Notes: generated by a model not told the origin, from the sequence alone. DNA of 64,000 nucleotides from Candidatus Omnitrophota bacterium (GCA_029561735.1 JAKQWZ010000064.1:3583-67582), one strand, 5' to 3'. Positions 7,859 to 16,402 are shown, numbered from the stretch's first letter. Numbers and translations are program-made.

Positions 7859-9079
7859 TTATATAAGTGTGCCTGTCCTGCAGACTTCGGAATATTTTTT
7901 TGCGCTTTCCCTGACGGTGCGTTTGAAATTGGCGTAATCCATCTCCACAATACCGAAACGGGGGCCAAAACCCTTATCCCACTCAAAATTATCCAGCAAA
8001 GACCAATATAGATAACCCAGGACATTGACCCCGGAGTTTATCGCCCGGTGCAATTGTGTAAGATGATCGCGTATGTAATTCCATCTCTGACCGTCATCAA
8101 GAGTGCAAATGCCGTTTTCTAATATAAAAACAGGCAGATTGTATTTTTTTATACCTGTCAATAAACTATACAGTCCTTGCGGGTATATATCCCAGCCCAT
8201 TGTATTCTTGGGCAGGGGCTTTTCGGGCTTACGGCTGGTATCCAGCGAAAAATTCCTTAAACTCCAGCCGCCGACATCCACGACGCTGCGAGTATAATAA
8301 TTCACGCCGATATAATCTAGCGATTTACGTCTGATCAATTTATCCAGTATAGCCAAATTAAACCATTGCTGCCTCAGTTTAGATGCGATATTATTCTTTA
8401 AATTTTCCGGGCTGGCGACAAAAGCCATCATATTATGGGCAATACTGACTCTGGGCCGGCCCAGATTATTGCGTTTATAATAGCTGTGAATAAAGCGGTA
8501 TGCCTCCACATGCGCATTAACCATATTTCCGGTTGCCACCCAGGCCTTTAGAAAGGATTTCTTTTGCGGAGGCCACTGCCCCATTATATAACCGTGCGAT
8601 ATCAAAACCATAGGCTCGTTAATAGTCACCCAGAACTGCACATGCTTACCCAGGGCTTCCACAACTTTATTGCAATAGCGCAGAAAATAACCTGCGGAGG
8701 CTTTATTTTCCCAACCTCCAAGCCGGGAAAACCAGATAGGATTAGTAAAATGATGCAGGGTAACAACAGGTTCTATATTGCGTTCTTTTAAGGCGAGTAT
8801 TACCTGAAGATAGTGGGCAAGCTCTAAATCAGAGAATGTGTGTTCCTGCGGCTGAATCCTGGCCCATTCGATTGAAAGGCGATGGGCATTATGATGCAGG
8901 CCTTTGACAATATCAAAGTCCTGTTCAAAAAGTTCATAATGGCAGCATGCTTTGCCTGACCTATCCTTTTGTCCAGTAACGATTTCCCATTCCCACCAGT
9001 CACTGTTAGAATTATCGCCTTCGACTTGATAAGCCGAAGTAGCCGCGCCCCAGAGGAAACCTTCGGGAAACTTTATCAT
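7859..9079 (-). CDS. Glycoside hydrolase family 1 (beta-glucosidase-like)
   Basis: 406 aa. FLWGAATSAYQVEG, TINEP (acid/base Glu) and ILENG (nucleophile Glu) are present. The stop codon directly abuts the patatin gene start. Confidence 0.9.
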   Translation of the reverse strand: MIKFPEGFLWGAATSAYQVEGDNSNSDWWEWEIVTGQKDRSGKACCHYELFEQDFDIVKGLHHNAHRLSIEWARIQPQEHTFSDLELAHYLQVILALKERNIEPVVTLHHFTNPIWFSRLGGWENKASAGYFLRYCNKVVEALGKHVQFWVTINEPMVLISHGYIMGQWPPQKKSFLKAWVATGNMVNAHVEAYRFIHSYYKRNNLGRPRVSIAHNMMAFVASPENLKNNIASKLRQQWFNLAILDKLIRRKSLDYIGVNYYTRSVVDVGGWSLRNFSLDTSRKPEKPLPKNTMGWDIYPQGLYSLLTGIKKYNLPVFILENGICTLDDGQRWNYIRDHLTQLHRAINSGVNVLGYLYWSLLDNFEWDKGFGPRFGIVEMDYANFKRTVRESAKKYSEVCRTGTLI

Positions 9080-9098
9080 GGGCTTATTATAGCATCAG

Positions 9099-9127
9099 AC
9101 AAAAAAAATCCCAACAAAAATGTTGGG
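9099..9127 (-). terminator. Intrinsic terminator, expression platform of the c-di-GMP riboswitch
   Basis: Minus strand CCCAAC-ATTTTT-GTTGGG followed by A then T8. It lies about 20 nt upstream of the GH1 ATG. Confidence 0.7.
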
Positions 9128-9140
9128 ATATATAAACTAC

Positions 9141-9257
9141 TGCCGATAAAGGCCTGCTACCTTTACTGCGGCAACCCAGCCACCATATTACCCCACTTCG
9201 GTAATTTAGGTCTGTGGCTTTGTGTCCCCGCCTTTCGGCGGGTTTACCCTTATCGGC
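9141..9257 (-). promoter_or_regulatory. c-di-GMP-I (GEMM-I) riboswitch aptamer
   Basis: The minus strand reads GCCGATAAGGGTAAACCCGCCGAAAGGCGGGGACACAAAGCCACAGACCTAAATTACCGAAGTGGGGTAATATGGTGGCTGGGTTGCCGCAGT...CCTTTATCGGC. It shares the GGYAAACC, GAAA-capped hairpin, GGGACNCAAAGCC and GGYNGCNGGGUUNCCG blocks of the Vc2-type aptamer, as I recall them. Confidence 0.8.
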
Positions 9258-9263
9258 AATTAA

Positions 9264-9292
9264 AGTATACCACGTACCCCTGATGTTTTCAA
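9264..9292 (-). promoter_or_regulatory. Sigma-70-type promoter of the riboswitch transcript
   Basis: Minus strand TTGAAA-17 nt-TATACT. The predicted TSS is about 9257, the first base of the outer helix of the aptamer. Confidence 0.65.
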
Positions 9293-9314
9293 GGGTACGT
9301 GAATTTTATTTATT

Positions 9315-9749
9315 TTATTGCTGAACCACAGCTGCAGTAGCCAGGTATTTGCCCAGAACCTGCCATGTCTTAGGGCCAACCTTGCCGTCAACCGCAAGCC
9401 CGTTGTCTTTCTGAAATGCTTCAATGGCCTTCTTTGTCTTAGGCCCTATCTTACCGTCAATAGAACCAAGATAATAATTCGCATTCTTAAGTGCGGTCTG
9501 AATATCCATTGCCGATGGCTTAAACGGGCCTGAAGGCGGCAGCTGTTCAAGCTTTGACTCCGGGGCAGCTGCATATGTCACTACCGGGCTTACTTCAGCC
9601 GCCGGGACAGTTGAAACAGCTGTCTGCGCCGTTAACGCCTCCATTGAAGTAGGCTCCTGTAAAGCCGAAAGGTCAGATTCTTTTTTACCGCAACCTGCCA
9701 AATAAATCCCTATTGCCGCAATCGCGATGATAAAAACAAATTTTTTCAT
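9315..9749 (-). CDS. Lipoprotein with a C-terminal peptidoglycan-binding (PG_binding_1-like) domain
   Basis: 144 aa. Lipobox YLAGC|GK. The repeated DGKIGPKT / DGKVGPKT motif is typical of PG-binding domain 1. Confidence 0.75.
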   Translation of the reverse strand: MKKFVFIIAIAAIGIYLAGCGKKESDLSALQEPTSMEALTAQTAVSTVPAAEVSPVVTYAAAPESKLEQLPPSGPFKPSAMDIQTALKNANYYLGSIDGKIGPKTKKAIEAFQKDNGLAVDGKVGPKTWQVLGKYLATAAVVQQ

Positions 9750-9895
9750 TTTATTTCTCCCTTTAATATTTTGTTGGATCCACTGCCATCTTAAAGACTC
9801 TTTTTCACCCCCCTTAAAAAACTGATAGAGCGGCTAAACAAATGCTATTTTAATTTTATTCTTATTCCGTAAAAAATCAAATAAAAAAATCAATC

Positions 9896-10372
9896 CTATC
9901 TGCTTAACGATACTATTTTTAAGACATCTTTGGCGGATTTAGCGTTTTTTAGCTGCTCGACAATAAATTTATCCCTGACCAGGCGGGATATCTCAGCCAG
10001 AATCTTTAAGTGGCTTCCCACCTGCTCGGCAGGAGAAATCAAAACAAAGAACAGATAGGTCTTTTCTCCGTCAAGGGCCTTAAAATCTATGCCTTCTTTT
10101 TTCCTGGCAAAAGCAAGGACAAACTTTTTCGCTCCCTTATATTTAATATGCGGGATGGCTATACCGCCGCCTATTCCGGTAGAGCCCAGGCTTTCTCTTT
10201 CTTTTATTACCTTGAGCAATGTTTTTTTATTCCTGACCCTGGCTGCTTTAGCAATAAAATTAACCAGCTCTTCCAGCAAATCCGGCTTATTTTTACCTTT
10301 GAGCTCCAAATTAACCAGTCTCTCTTTAAGTAAGCCGCTTATTTTCAAATCCTTTGATTCACTCATTATCAC
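9896..10372 (-). CDS. PTS EIIA type-2 domain protein (PtsN / EIIA-Ntr-like)
   Basis: 158 aa. GIGGGIAIPH carries the phosphorylatable His. It lies 8 nt downstream of the MFS gene. Confidence 0.8.
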   Translation of the reverse strand: MIMSESKDLKISGLLKERLVNLELKGKNKPDLLEELVNFIAKAARVRNKKTLLKVIKERESLGSTGIGGGIAIPHIKYKGAKKFVLAFARKKEGIDFKALDGEKTYLFFVLISPAEQVGSHLKILAEISRLVRDKFIVEQLKNAKSAKDVLKIVSLSR

Positions 10373-10380
10373 CGCCCCGA

Positions 10381-11580
10381 TTATTGTATAGCCATTATCT
10401 TAGGATATTTTACACTTATAAATACAAAAAATAAAGCACAAATAATTCCGCTGGATGCCACAGTCAGGCAGACCCCAAAGGCCTGCGAGAATACCCCTGC
10501 CATCAAGTTGCCAAAAGGCATGATACCGGCAAAAGTAAACATGAATGCGCTCATAACCCGGCCCCTGAATTCATCATTTACCGTTGTCTGCAACAGGGTA
10601 TTGGTTATGCTCATGGCAGACACAGAAGACCATCCTGTGATTACCAGCACTGACAACGATAAAATGTACGATCTGGACAAGGCAAACAATACGATTGAAA
10701 GAGAAAATATTATGCTGGAAACAATAAGAAACCTGCCCTTATTTCGGAAATCCCCCATCTTGGCTAAAAGCAAGGCTGCTACCAGCGCTCCCAGTCCGGA
10801 AGCCGCCATAAGCATACCCAGGCCTTTGACCCCCACTTTAAGTACATCATTAGCAAATACCGGCATAAGTATGGCATAAGAGACACCAAAAAAGCTGCTT
10901 ACAGCGACCATAGAAATAAGTATCATTATAGTCGGATGGCTCTTGACATAAGACAAACCCTGGCCCAAGTCTTTCATAAAAGTCATTTCATTGCTGCGTT
11001 TCTGGGCAGGCCTGGTTTTAATTAACAGGAGCGCAATAATAACAGCCAGAAAACTTATTCCGTTGATATAGAAACAACCGGTCATGCCTATTGCGGCAAT
11101 AAGTATACCGGCCAGGGCCGGCCCGATGATCCGGCTGGAGTTAAAAGCTGCGGAATTCAACGCAACCGCGTTTAAAACCCGGTCTTTACCGACCAGCTCA
11201 AAAAGAATAGCCTGCCGGGCAGGCGCATCAAAAGACATTACAATGCCGTTTAATACGGCAATAAACATTATCTGGCTGGGAGTAATGACTTTAAATTGCA
11301 CCAGTAAAGCCAGAATAAATGCCAGCAACATAAAAGCATTCTGGGTAAAAAGCAATATCTTTTTCTTATTAACCCTGTCAGCAAATACCCCACCGAAAAG
11401 AGAAAGGAAGAAAACAGGGGCCAAACTTAAAAATCCCACCAGCCCCAAAAGGAATACGGACTTCGTCAAGTCAAACACCAGCCAGCTCTGGGCAAGGGCC
11501 TGTATCCAGGTGCCGATAAGCGATACAAACATGCCCAGCCAGTAAAGGCGGAAGTTCTTAACTTTTAATGAAGAAAACAT
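10381..11580 (-). CDS. MFS transporter
   Basis: 399 aa, 12 predicted TM helices, and a GGVFADRVNKKK loop motif. It starts 1 nt after the NuoI-like gene. Confidence 0.8.
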   Translation of the reverse strand: MFSSLKVKNFRLYWLGMFVSLIGTWIQALAQSWLVFDLTKSVFLLGLVGFLSLAPVFFLSLFGGVFADRVNKKKILLFTQNAFMLLAFILALLVQFKVITPSQIMFIAVLNGIVMSFDAPARQAILFELVGKDRVLNAVALNSAAFNSSRIIGPALAGILIAAIGMTGCFYINGISFLAVIIALLLIKTRPAQKRSNEMTFMKDLGQGLSYVKSHPTIMILISMVAVSSFFGVSYAILMPVFANDVLKVGVKGLGMLMAASGLGALVAALLLAKMGDFRNKGRFLIVSSIIFSLSIVLFALSRSYILSLSVLVITGWSSVSAMSITNTLLQTTVNDEFRGRVMSAFMFTFAGIMPFGNLMAGVFSQAFGVCLTVASSGIICALFFVFISVKYPKIMAIQ

Positions 11581-11581
11581 T

Positions 11582-12193
11582 TTAAGATTTCAGGACAGCT
11601 TCACGGCGGCAGCGCGGACAAAGTACTTTTATGCGGTCAGCCCGTTTTAATTCGCCTTCCTGCTTATCCTGTAAATGGCCCGTGCCGGACAGGCCCAGGT
11701 TAGCCAAATAAAAAAGCATAAGCGAGACGTTAGAAAAAACCAAGGGGCCGATTTTCCTGGCTACCCAAAGTATCTGGTCCTTGGGCGCAATAATTTCAGA
11801 GCAGCACTCGCACAGGACAAGTTCTTTTTCTATTTTTTGGCGCATAGTGTTTCTTTCTTCGGTTTTAGACAGCTCAAATTCATTGCCCAGAGTTATCCCT
11901 TTTTCCGTCGGACAATTCGCCTGGCATTGGCCGCAAAAGATGCATATATCCCAGCGTATTGTCAAAGTCCTTTTTCCTTTTCCGTTTGCCACTTCATCCT
12001 GAAATTCCAAAGCCCTGGCAGGGCAAACCTGCACGCAGGCAGTGCAACCGATACACTGTTCCTGACTAAATTGTGCCTTTCCGCGGAAACGCTCAAAGGG
12101 CTTATGGGGCTGGCGCGGAAAATCATTGGTATATGGCCGGCTGAACAATGACCTTACCGCCTCTTTTAATTCTCTTAATTTGGGATATTTCAT
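11582..12193 (-). CDS. Hydrogenase 2x[4Fe-4S] subunit (NuoI/EchF/HycF-like) with a Cys-rich C-terminal extension
   Basis: 203 aa. CIGCTACVQVCP and CIFCGQCQANCP are present, with extra CECC...CPRC motifs at the C-terminus. Confidence 0.8.
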   Translation of the reverse strand: MKYPKLRELKEAVRSLFSRPYTNDFPRQPHKPFERFRGKAQFSQEQCIGCTACVQVCPARALEFQDEVANGKGKRTLTIRWDICIFCGQCQANCPTEKGITLGNEFELSKTEERNTMRQKIEKELVLCECCSEIIAPKDQILWVARKIGPLVFSNVSLMLFYLANLGLSGTGHLQDKQEGELKRADRIKVLCPRCRREAVLKS

Positions 12194-12196
12194 ATC

Positions 12197-13966
12197 CTAG
12201 GCCTGCCTTCCTTTATTGAACAAGAAAGCTATAAAATAAGCCGCTTTACTTATACCGGAACTCAATATATTGTAAAAATCGAGCGATTCTTTCTGGATGA
12301 ATTTAAAAATAGCGTTTACAGCCGGCAGTTGCTGGAAAGTCCGGTAAAATTCAGTCGCCGGGAAGCTCGGGTTAAAAGACTGCGGGTCCTCCCCGCCGAT
12401 AAACAGATCATCTGTGCGGGATTTTTTTCCCGCAAGCATAATTTTCCAGAAAATAAAACCCAGCATTAATCCGGCGGCCAGAAGCGCAAATGTCAATGCG
12501 CTGTTCCAGGTCCCGATAAATAAAACCTGTTCGCCAAGCCAGGGTTGGATTACTATCTTTATAAACAACCCCGGCAATACGCCCAGGGTGAGGCATAACC
12601 CGGCCAGAATAATCAGAGAAACAAGGATATTTAACGTGGAATCTGTAGTAACTTTCTTATCAGGTGTATGGTCCTGGCCCAGGAATATGGCATGGATAAA
12701 TTTAACAAAACTGGCCAATGTCAACACGCTCCCAAACATCGCCGCTACAAGCGAGAATATAAGCAGGATGCGCATGAACGGATTAGTTGCCGCAGACAGT
12801 CCCACCAAAGTACTTTGATAAAGCATCCACTTGGAGGCAAACCCGTTAAAAGGCGGCACGCCTGAAATAGATAAGGCAAACACAAGCCCGCATATAAAGG
12901 TAAACGGCATGCCTAAAGCCAGCCCGCCGAGCTTATCCAGCTCAAAAGTACCTTTCTTCTCAGCAGCAGCACCTGCGGTAAAGAACAGCCCGCTTTTATA
13001 TATTGCATTATTGAGCATATGGAATACAGCCGCGGCGATTCCCAAAATATTCCCCGTGCCAAACCCGATAACCATATATCCTACCTGGCTAATGGCGTGA
13101 AAAGATAAAAGTTTTCTCAGGTCATGCTGGGCCATAGCCAGCATAACCGCAAACATAATAGTGACGCTGCCGGTTATCAGCAGGACTGCAAAAGCTATAT
13201 TATTCAGGACAAAAAAATCAGTGCAGATCCGCGCCAATAAATATATTCCCAATAGCTTATCCAGTGAAGCCGGCAAAATTGCCATTACCGGGACAGGGGC
13301 CTTATCTGCCGCATCCGGTATCCAGGTATGAAACGGAGCACAACCGGCCTTGGCAAGTGCGCCTGAAAGCATCAGCCCAAACGAGAGCCAGCTGACCGCT
13401 GAATTCAAAAGTACTTTAGGCCCGATCGGCATGATCGAAGTGCCGGTTAAATAAACGTAAAGGCTTATGCCTAATAACAGACAGAAATCCCCGAAACCAA
13501 CAATTGAAAAAGCCTTATTAGCGCTGGAACCCGAACCCAGGCTCAACAGACCATATAGTAAAATGAGGCATGCCCCCCATGAAAAAATCAACAAAATAAA
13601 ATCAAGAGAAAGGCAAACCAGATTAGAAAAAGCCAGCAGGGCTAAAAGATACGATAGGAATGCCCGGCTTGATTTCACCTGCCTGCAGCCAAGAGAATAA
13701 AGCACGGTAAAAAAGCAGAACACGCATGTAAAAAGCATAGTGAAACGGGATAGGTTATTTACTCCCAGCACTACGCTGTAATTACCGATGACTTTCAAAA
13801 CCAAAGCTGATGGAGGGTTTATAAACACCAAAACCGAAAAAAACAGGGCGGTAAAGGCGGCGAACAGCGCCAGCGCTTCTTTTGCTTTCTGTTTATTGAT
13901 AATCAACAAGACAGGGCTGAAAAGCAAAGGCAAAAAAACCAGAAAGAATATACTCTGCCAGATCAT
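12197..13966 (-). CDS. Antiporter-like membrane subunit (NuoL/EchA/HyfB-like)
   Basis: 589 aa and polytopic. Motifs of complex I subunit 5/Mrp type are present (WIPDA, FHMLNNAIYKSGLF). Confidence 0.8.
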   Translation of the reverse strand: MIWQSIFFLVFLPLLFSPVLLIINKQKAKEALALFAAFTALFFSVLVFINPPSALVLKVIGNYSVVLGVNNLSRFTMLFTCVFCFFTVLYSLGCRQVKSSRAFLSYLLALLAFSNLVCLSLDFILLIFSWGACLILLYGLLSLGSGSSANKAFSIVGFGDFCLLLGISLYVYLTGTSIMPIGPKVLLNSAVSWLSFGLMLSGALAKAGCAPFHTWIPDAADKAPVPVMAILPASLDKLLGIYLLARICTDFFVLNNIAFAVLLITGSVTIMFAVMLAMAQHDLRKLLSFHAISQVGYMVIGFGTGNILGIAAAVFHMLNNAIYKSGLFFTAGAAAEKKGTFELDKLGGLALGMPFTFICGLVFALSISGVPPFNGFASKWMLYQSTLVGLSAATNPFMRILLIFSLVAAMFGSVLTLASFVKFIHAIFLGQDHTPDKKVTTDSTLNILVSLIILAGLCLTLGVLPGLFIKIVIQPWLGEQVLFIGTWNSALTFALLAAGLMLGFIFWKIMLAGKKSRTDDLFIGGEDPQSFNPSFPATEFYRTFQQLPAVNAIFKFIQKESLDFYNILSSGISKAAYFIAFLFNKGRQA

Positions 13967-14583
13967 TTTATTAACGCCTCTATAAGGCTAAACGGTAATT
14001 TGACCGCAAACCCCAGTATTAATAATAAAACCCCCAGGCCAAAAGCCAGCCATAAAGATAAGGAATTATTTTCCTGCGCTTTTATTTTCGGCTCTCCCAG
14101 GAAAACCCGGTTAAATACCCGCATCAGATAAAACAAAGTCAGGAATGCACCGAATACAGCAAAAACTTCAATGACAATATGCCCCTCCTGGACCGAAGAA
14201 ATAGTTGTAAGCAATTTAGGCCAAAAACCTAAAAACGGAGGAATTCCCATTATTGAGAAGGCGCAAAGCAGAAATGCCAATGCGGTATAAGGCATTGCTT
14301 TTAAAAGCCCTGCTGTATGGTTAATATTATCAGAGCCCGTAGCCTTCTTTATTAAACTTGCGCATAAAAACAACCCGCATAACCCTATAACCTGAGAAAA
14401 TAAATATAATACAGACATGCGCATAGCCGCAATACCGCTCTGGCAAAAAGCCAAAAGCGAAAACCCTGCCTGGCTTAACGTAGCAAAAATAAGGATCTTT
14501 TTAAGGCTATTTTGCGCAACAGCTAAAAGCGCTCCTGTAATTATTATGGCGACAGCTGCAATAAGGGTAAGGTTTAAGCACAT
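13963..14583 (-). CDS. Half-length antiporter-like membrane subunit (C-terminal-half NuoN/MrpD-like)
   Basis: 206 aa and about 6 TM helices. LSQAGF...LFLCAS...MGIPPFLGFWPK resembles the distal half of NuoN/MrpD. It overlaps both neighbours by 4 nt and 10 nt. Confidence 0.55.
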   Translation of the reverse strand: MCLNLTLIAAVAIIITGALLAVAQNSLKKILIFATLSQAGFSLLAFCQSGIAAMRMSVLYLFSQVIGLCGLFLCASLIKKATGSDNINHTAGLLKAMPYTALAFLLCAFSIMGIPPFLGFWPKLLTTISSVQEGHIVIEVFAVFGAFLTLFYLMRVFNRVFLGEPKIKAQENNSLSLWLAFGLGVLLLILGFAVKLPFSLIEALIK

Positions 14584-15206
14584 TTGATTTTTATTTTTAA
14601 TAAGTTCCGGGCAATTTTTTTAGTGTGATAATAGATAGCTGCGGTAAAATCCAGCATGTTAAGAAACATGTTGCAGGAAAAAGGCGAGCAAAGCTTATTG
14701 ATCAGGCGCTCATTGTGGCGCCTGCGGTATTCATCAACCAGCGTGTCAATATGCTCCTGGCTTTTTAACACCTGCTTAAGCCTTCCCGGATCGTCAATTT
14801 CCAGCGCCTGAACCACTTCTTTAAAAGCGGCTTCGCTGCGGTTATAAAGCTCAACATACTCTTTTACCGCATCATCGCTAAATAGCAGCTTTTCTTCTAT
14901 TTTTATCTGCACTCTCTCCAGTATATCTTTACAGTAATCGCCGATAAGCTCCAGGTCTTCGACGACCTCCACGTAAATAATTACTTCTTTTTTTTCCGTT
15001 TCCTTTTTCAGGCCCTGTCCTGCTTCAATAAGCTCGCCGGTAAGCATCTTTTCAAAATCGTTAAGCCTGTTCTCATCTTCAAGGACTTTGGCCAAAAGCT
15101 CAAGGTCATGATCCATAAAGACCTTGAAAGTCCTTTGCCACATAGAAAGAGCAAGGTTTGCCATATCAGCTACTTTTTTCTTAATATTGCAGAAATTCTC
15201 GCTCAT
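14574..15206 (-). CDS. PhoU-domain protein embedded in the hydrogenase operon
   Basis: ATG at 15206 overlaps the TGA of the large subunit (ATGA). MSENF...LELLAKVLEDENRLNDFE...LELIGDYCKDILE resembles PhoU repeats with E/DxxxD motifs. The longer ORF-track start at 15263 would overlap the hydrogenase gene by 60 nt. Confidence 0.65.
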   Translation of the reverse strand: MSENFCNIKKKVADMANLALSMWQRTFKVFMDHDLELLAKVLEDENRLNDFEKMLTGELIEAGQGLKKETEKKEVIIYVEVVEDLELIGDYCKDILERVQIKIEEKLLFSDDAVKEYVELYNRSEAAFKEVVQALEIDDPGRLKQVLKSQEHIDTLVDEYRRRHNERLINKLCSPFSCNMFLNMLDFTAAIYYHTKKIARNLLKIKIKCA

Positions 15207-16402
15207 AAGCGGCCCTCCTTGATCTGCATAGTTTTTTCCTGGCATAACCTGACCAAATCCCACCCGTTCATTATCTTTTTATTTGTTGATTTATCAATAA
15301 CCGCCAGCCTCTCCGTACAGCAGTAACAGGGGTCAACCGCAGCCAAAGTAAGCGCTGCATCCGAAATGGTGCCGCCGACAGCTCCCACTTTGTTAGAAGC
15401 AACATTGGTAAAGCTGGGGGCGCGTATTTTCAGCCTTTGCGGGCGGTTAGTGCCATCGCTCTTGACAAAATGTATGCATTCTCCGCGCGGGGCTTCAACC
15501 CTGCCGATACCTTCTCCGGCCGGAATATCTTTTACATCTGAGTCAATTTCGCCTTTAGGCATTTTATCTAAACACTGCCTGATTATCCGGACACATTCAT
15601 ATAATTCCAGGATACGCGCTGTTGTTTTAGCAAGGATATCCCCTTCTTTTTCAATGATGACATTCCAGTCAAGCCTGGTTATCGCACCGTAAGGCTCATC
15701 CCTCCTGATATCAATATCAATTCCCGAAGCCCGGGCAGTAGGGCCGACAACACACCAGTCAATTGCCTGTTGCCGGGTAAGCCGTCCTACCCCTTTTAAC
15801 CGGCCCCTGATAACAGGGTCATCTTTTATGGCGCCGAGAAACAGGTCTATTGCCGGGGTAAATTCATCAAGAGTCTTTTTCAAAACCGGTATGTCTTCGT
15901 CTTTGATGTCCCGCCGCACTCCGCCGACCTTAAACATAGCGTAATTATTACGGTTTCCCGTAACCATCTCAAACATATCCAGCACCGGCTCGCGGTTTTT
16001 CCATGCCCACATCCAGACTGTGTTATAACCGATAAAATGGCCTACCAGCCCCAGCCAAAGCAAATGGCTGTGGATCCTTTGCAATTCATCAATAACCGTA
16101 CGGATATAAAGCGCCCTTTCAGGCACAACCTTGGACTCACCGCCCAATAAATCTTCAACTGAAAGCACATAGGCATAAGGATGGCTGGAAGAGCAAATAC
16201 CGCAAATCCTTTCCACTAAATACGGAACCTGGTCGTAGTGTTTACTTTCAGCTAATTTTTCTATACCCCGGTGGTTATAACCGATGATTATATCAATATC
16301 GACGACCTTTTCTCCATCCACATAAAGCTGAAAAAACTCCGGCTCTTCCTGCAAAGGATGATACGGGCCTATAGGAACTATAACTTTATGACTCATGTTC
16401 AT
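15203..16402 (-). CDS. [NiFe] hydrogenase large subunit, group 4 (EchE/MbhL/NuoD-like)
   Basis: 399 aa. N-terminal RICGICSSSH (RxCGxCxxxH) and C-terminal DPCYCCTER (DPCxxCxxR) supply all four Ni-Fe Cys ligands. About 32 aa follow the C-terminal motif. Confidence 0.9.
   Translation of the reverse strand: MNMSHKVIVPIGPYHPLQEEPEFFQLYVDGEKVVDIDIIIGYNHRGIEKLAESKHYDQVPYLVERICGICSSSHPYAYVLSVEDLLGGESKVVPERALYIRTVIDELQRIHSHLLWLGLVGHFIGYNTVWMWAWKNREPVLDMFEMVTGNRNNYAMFKVGGVRRDIKDEDIPVLKKTLDEFTPAIDLFLGAIKDDPVIRGRLKGVGRLTRQQAIDWCVVGPTARASGIDIDIRRDEPYGAITRLDWNVIIEKEGDILAKTTARILELYECVRIIRQCLDKMPKGEIDSDVKDIPAGEGIGRVEAPRGECIHFVKSDGTNRPQRLKIRAPSFTNVASNKVGAVGGTISDAALTLAAVDPCYCCTERLAVIDKSTNKKIMNGWDLVRLCQEKTMQIKEGRL

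Noticed and set aside
9271-9301. 9 bp stem hairpin (CACGTACCC...GGGTACGTG) as the terminator of the PG-binding lipoprotein gene
   Set aside because: It lacks a following U-tract. Its loop and 3' arm coincide with the -35 (TTGAAA) and spacer of a near-consensus promoter for the riboswitch. I annotated the promoter instead, although the stem could still modulate read-through.
13963-14583. Truncated antiporter-like gene as a pseudogene
   Set aside because: It has an intact ORF with an ATG start and short overlaps to both neighbours. I saw no frameshift remnants of an N-terminal half upstream, where the space is occupied by the PhoU-like gene. I kept it as a CDS with moderate confidence.
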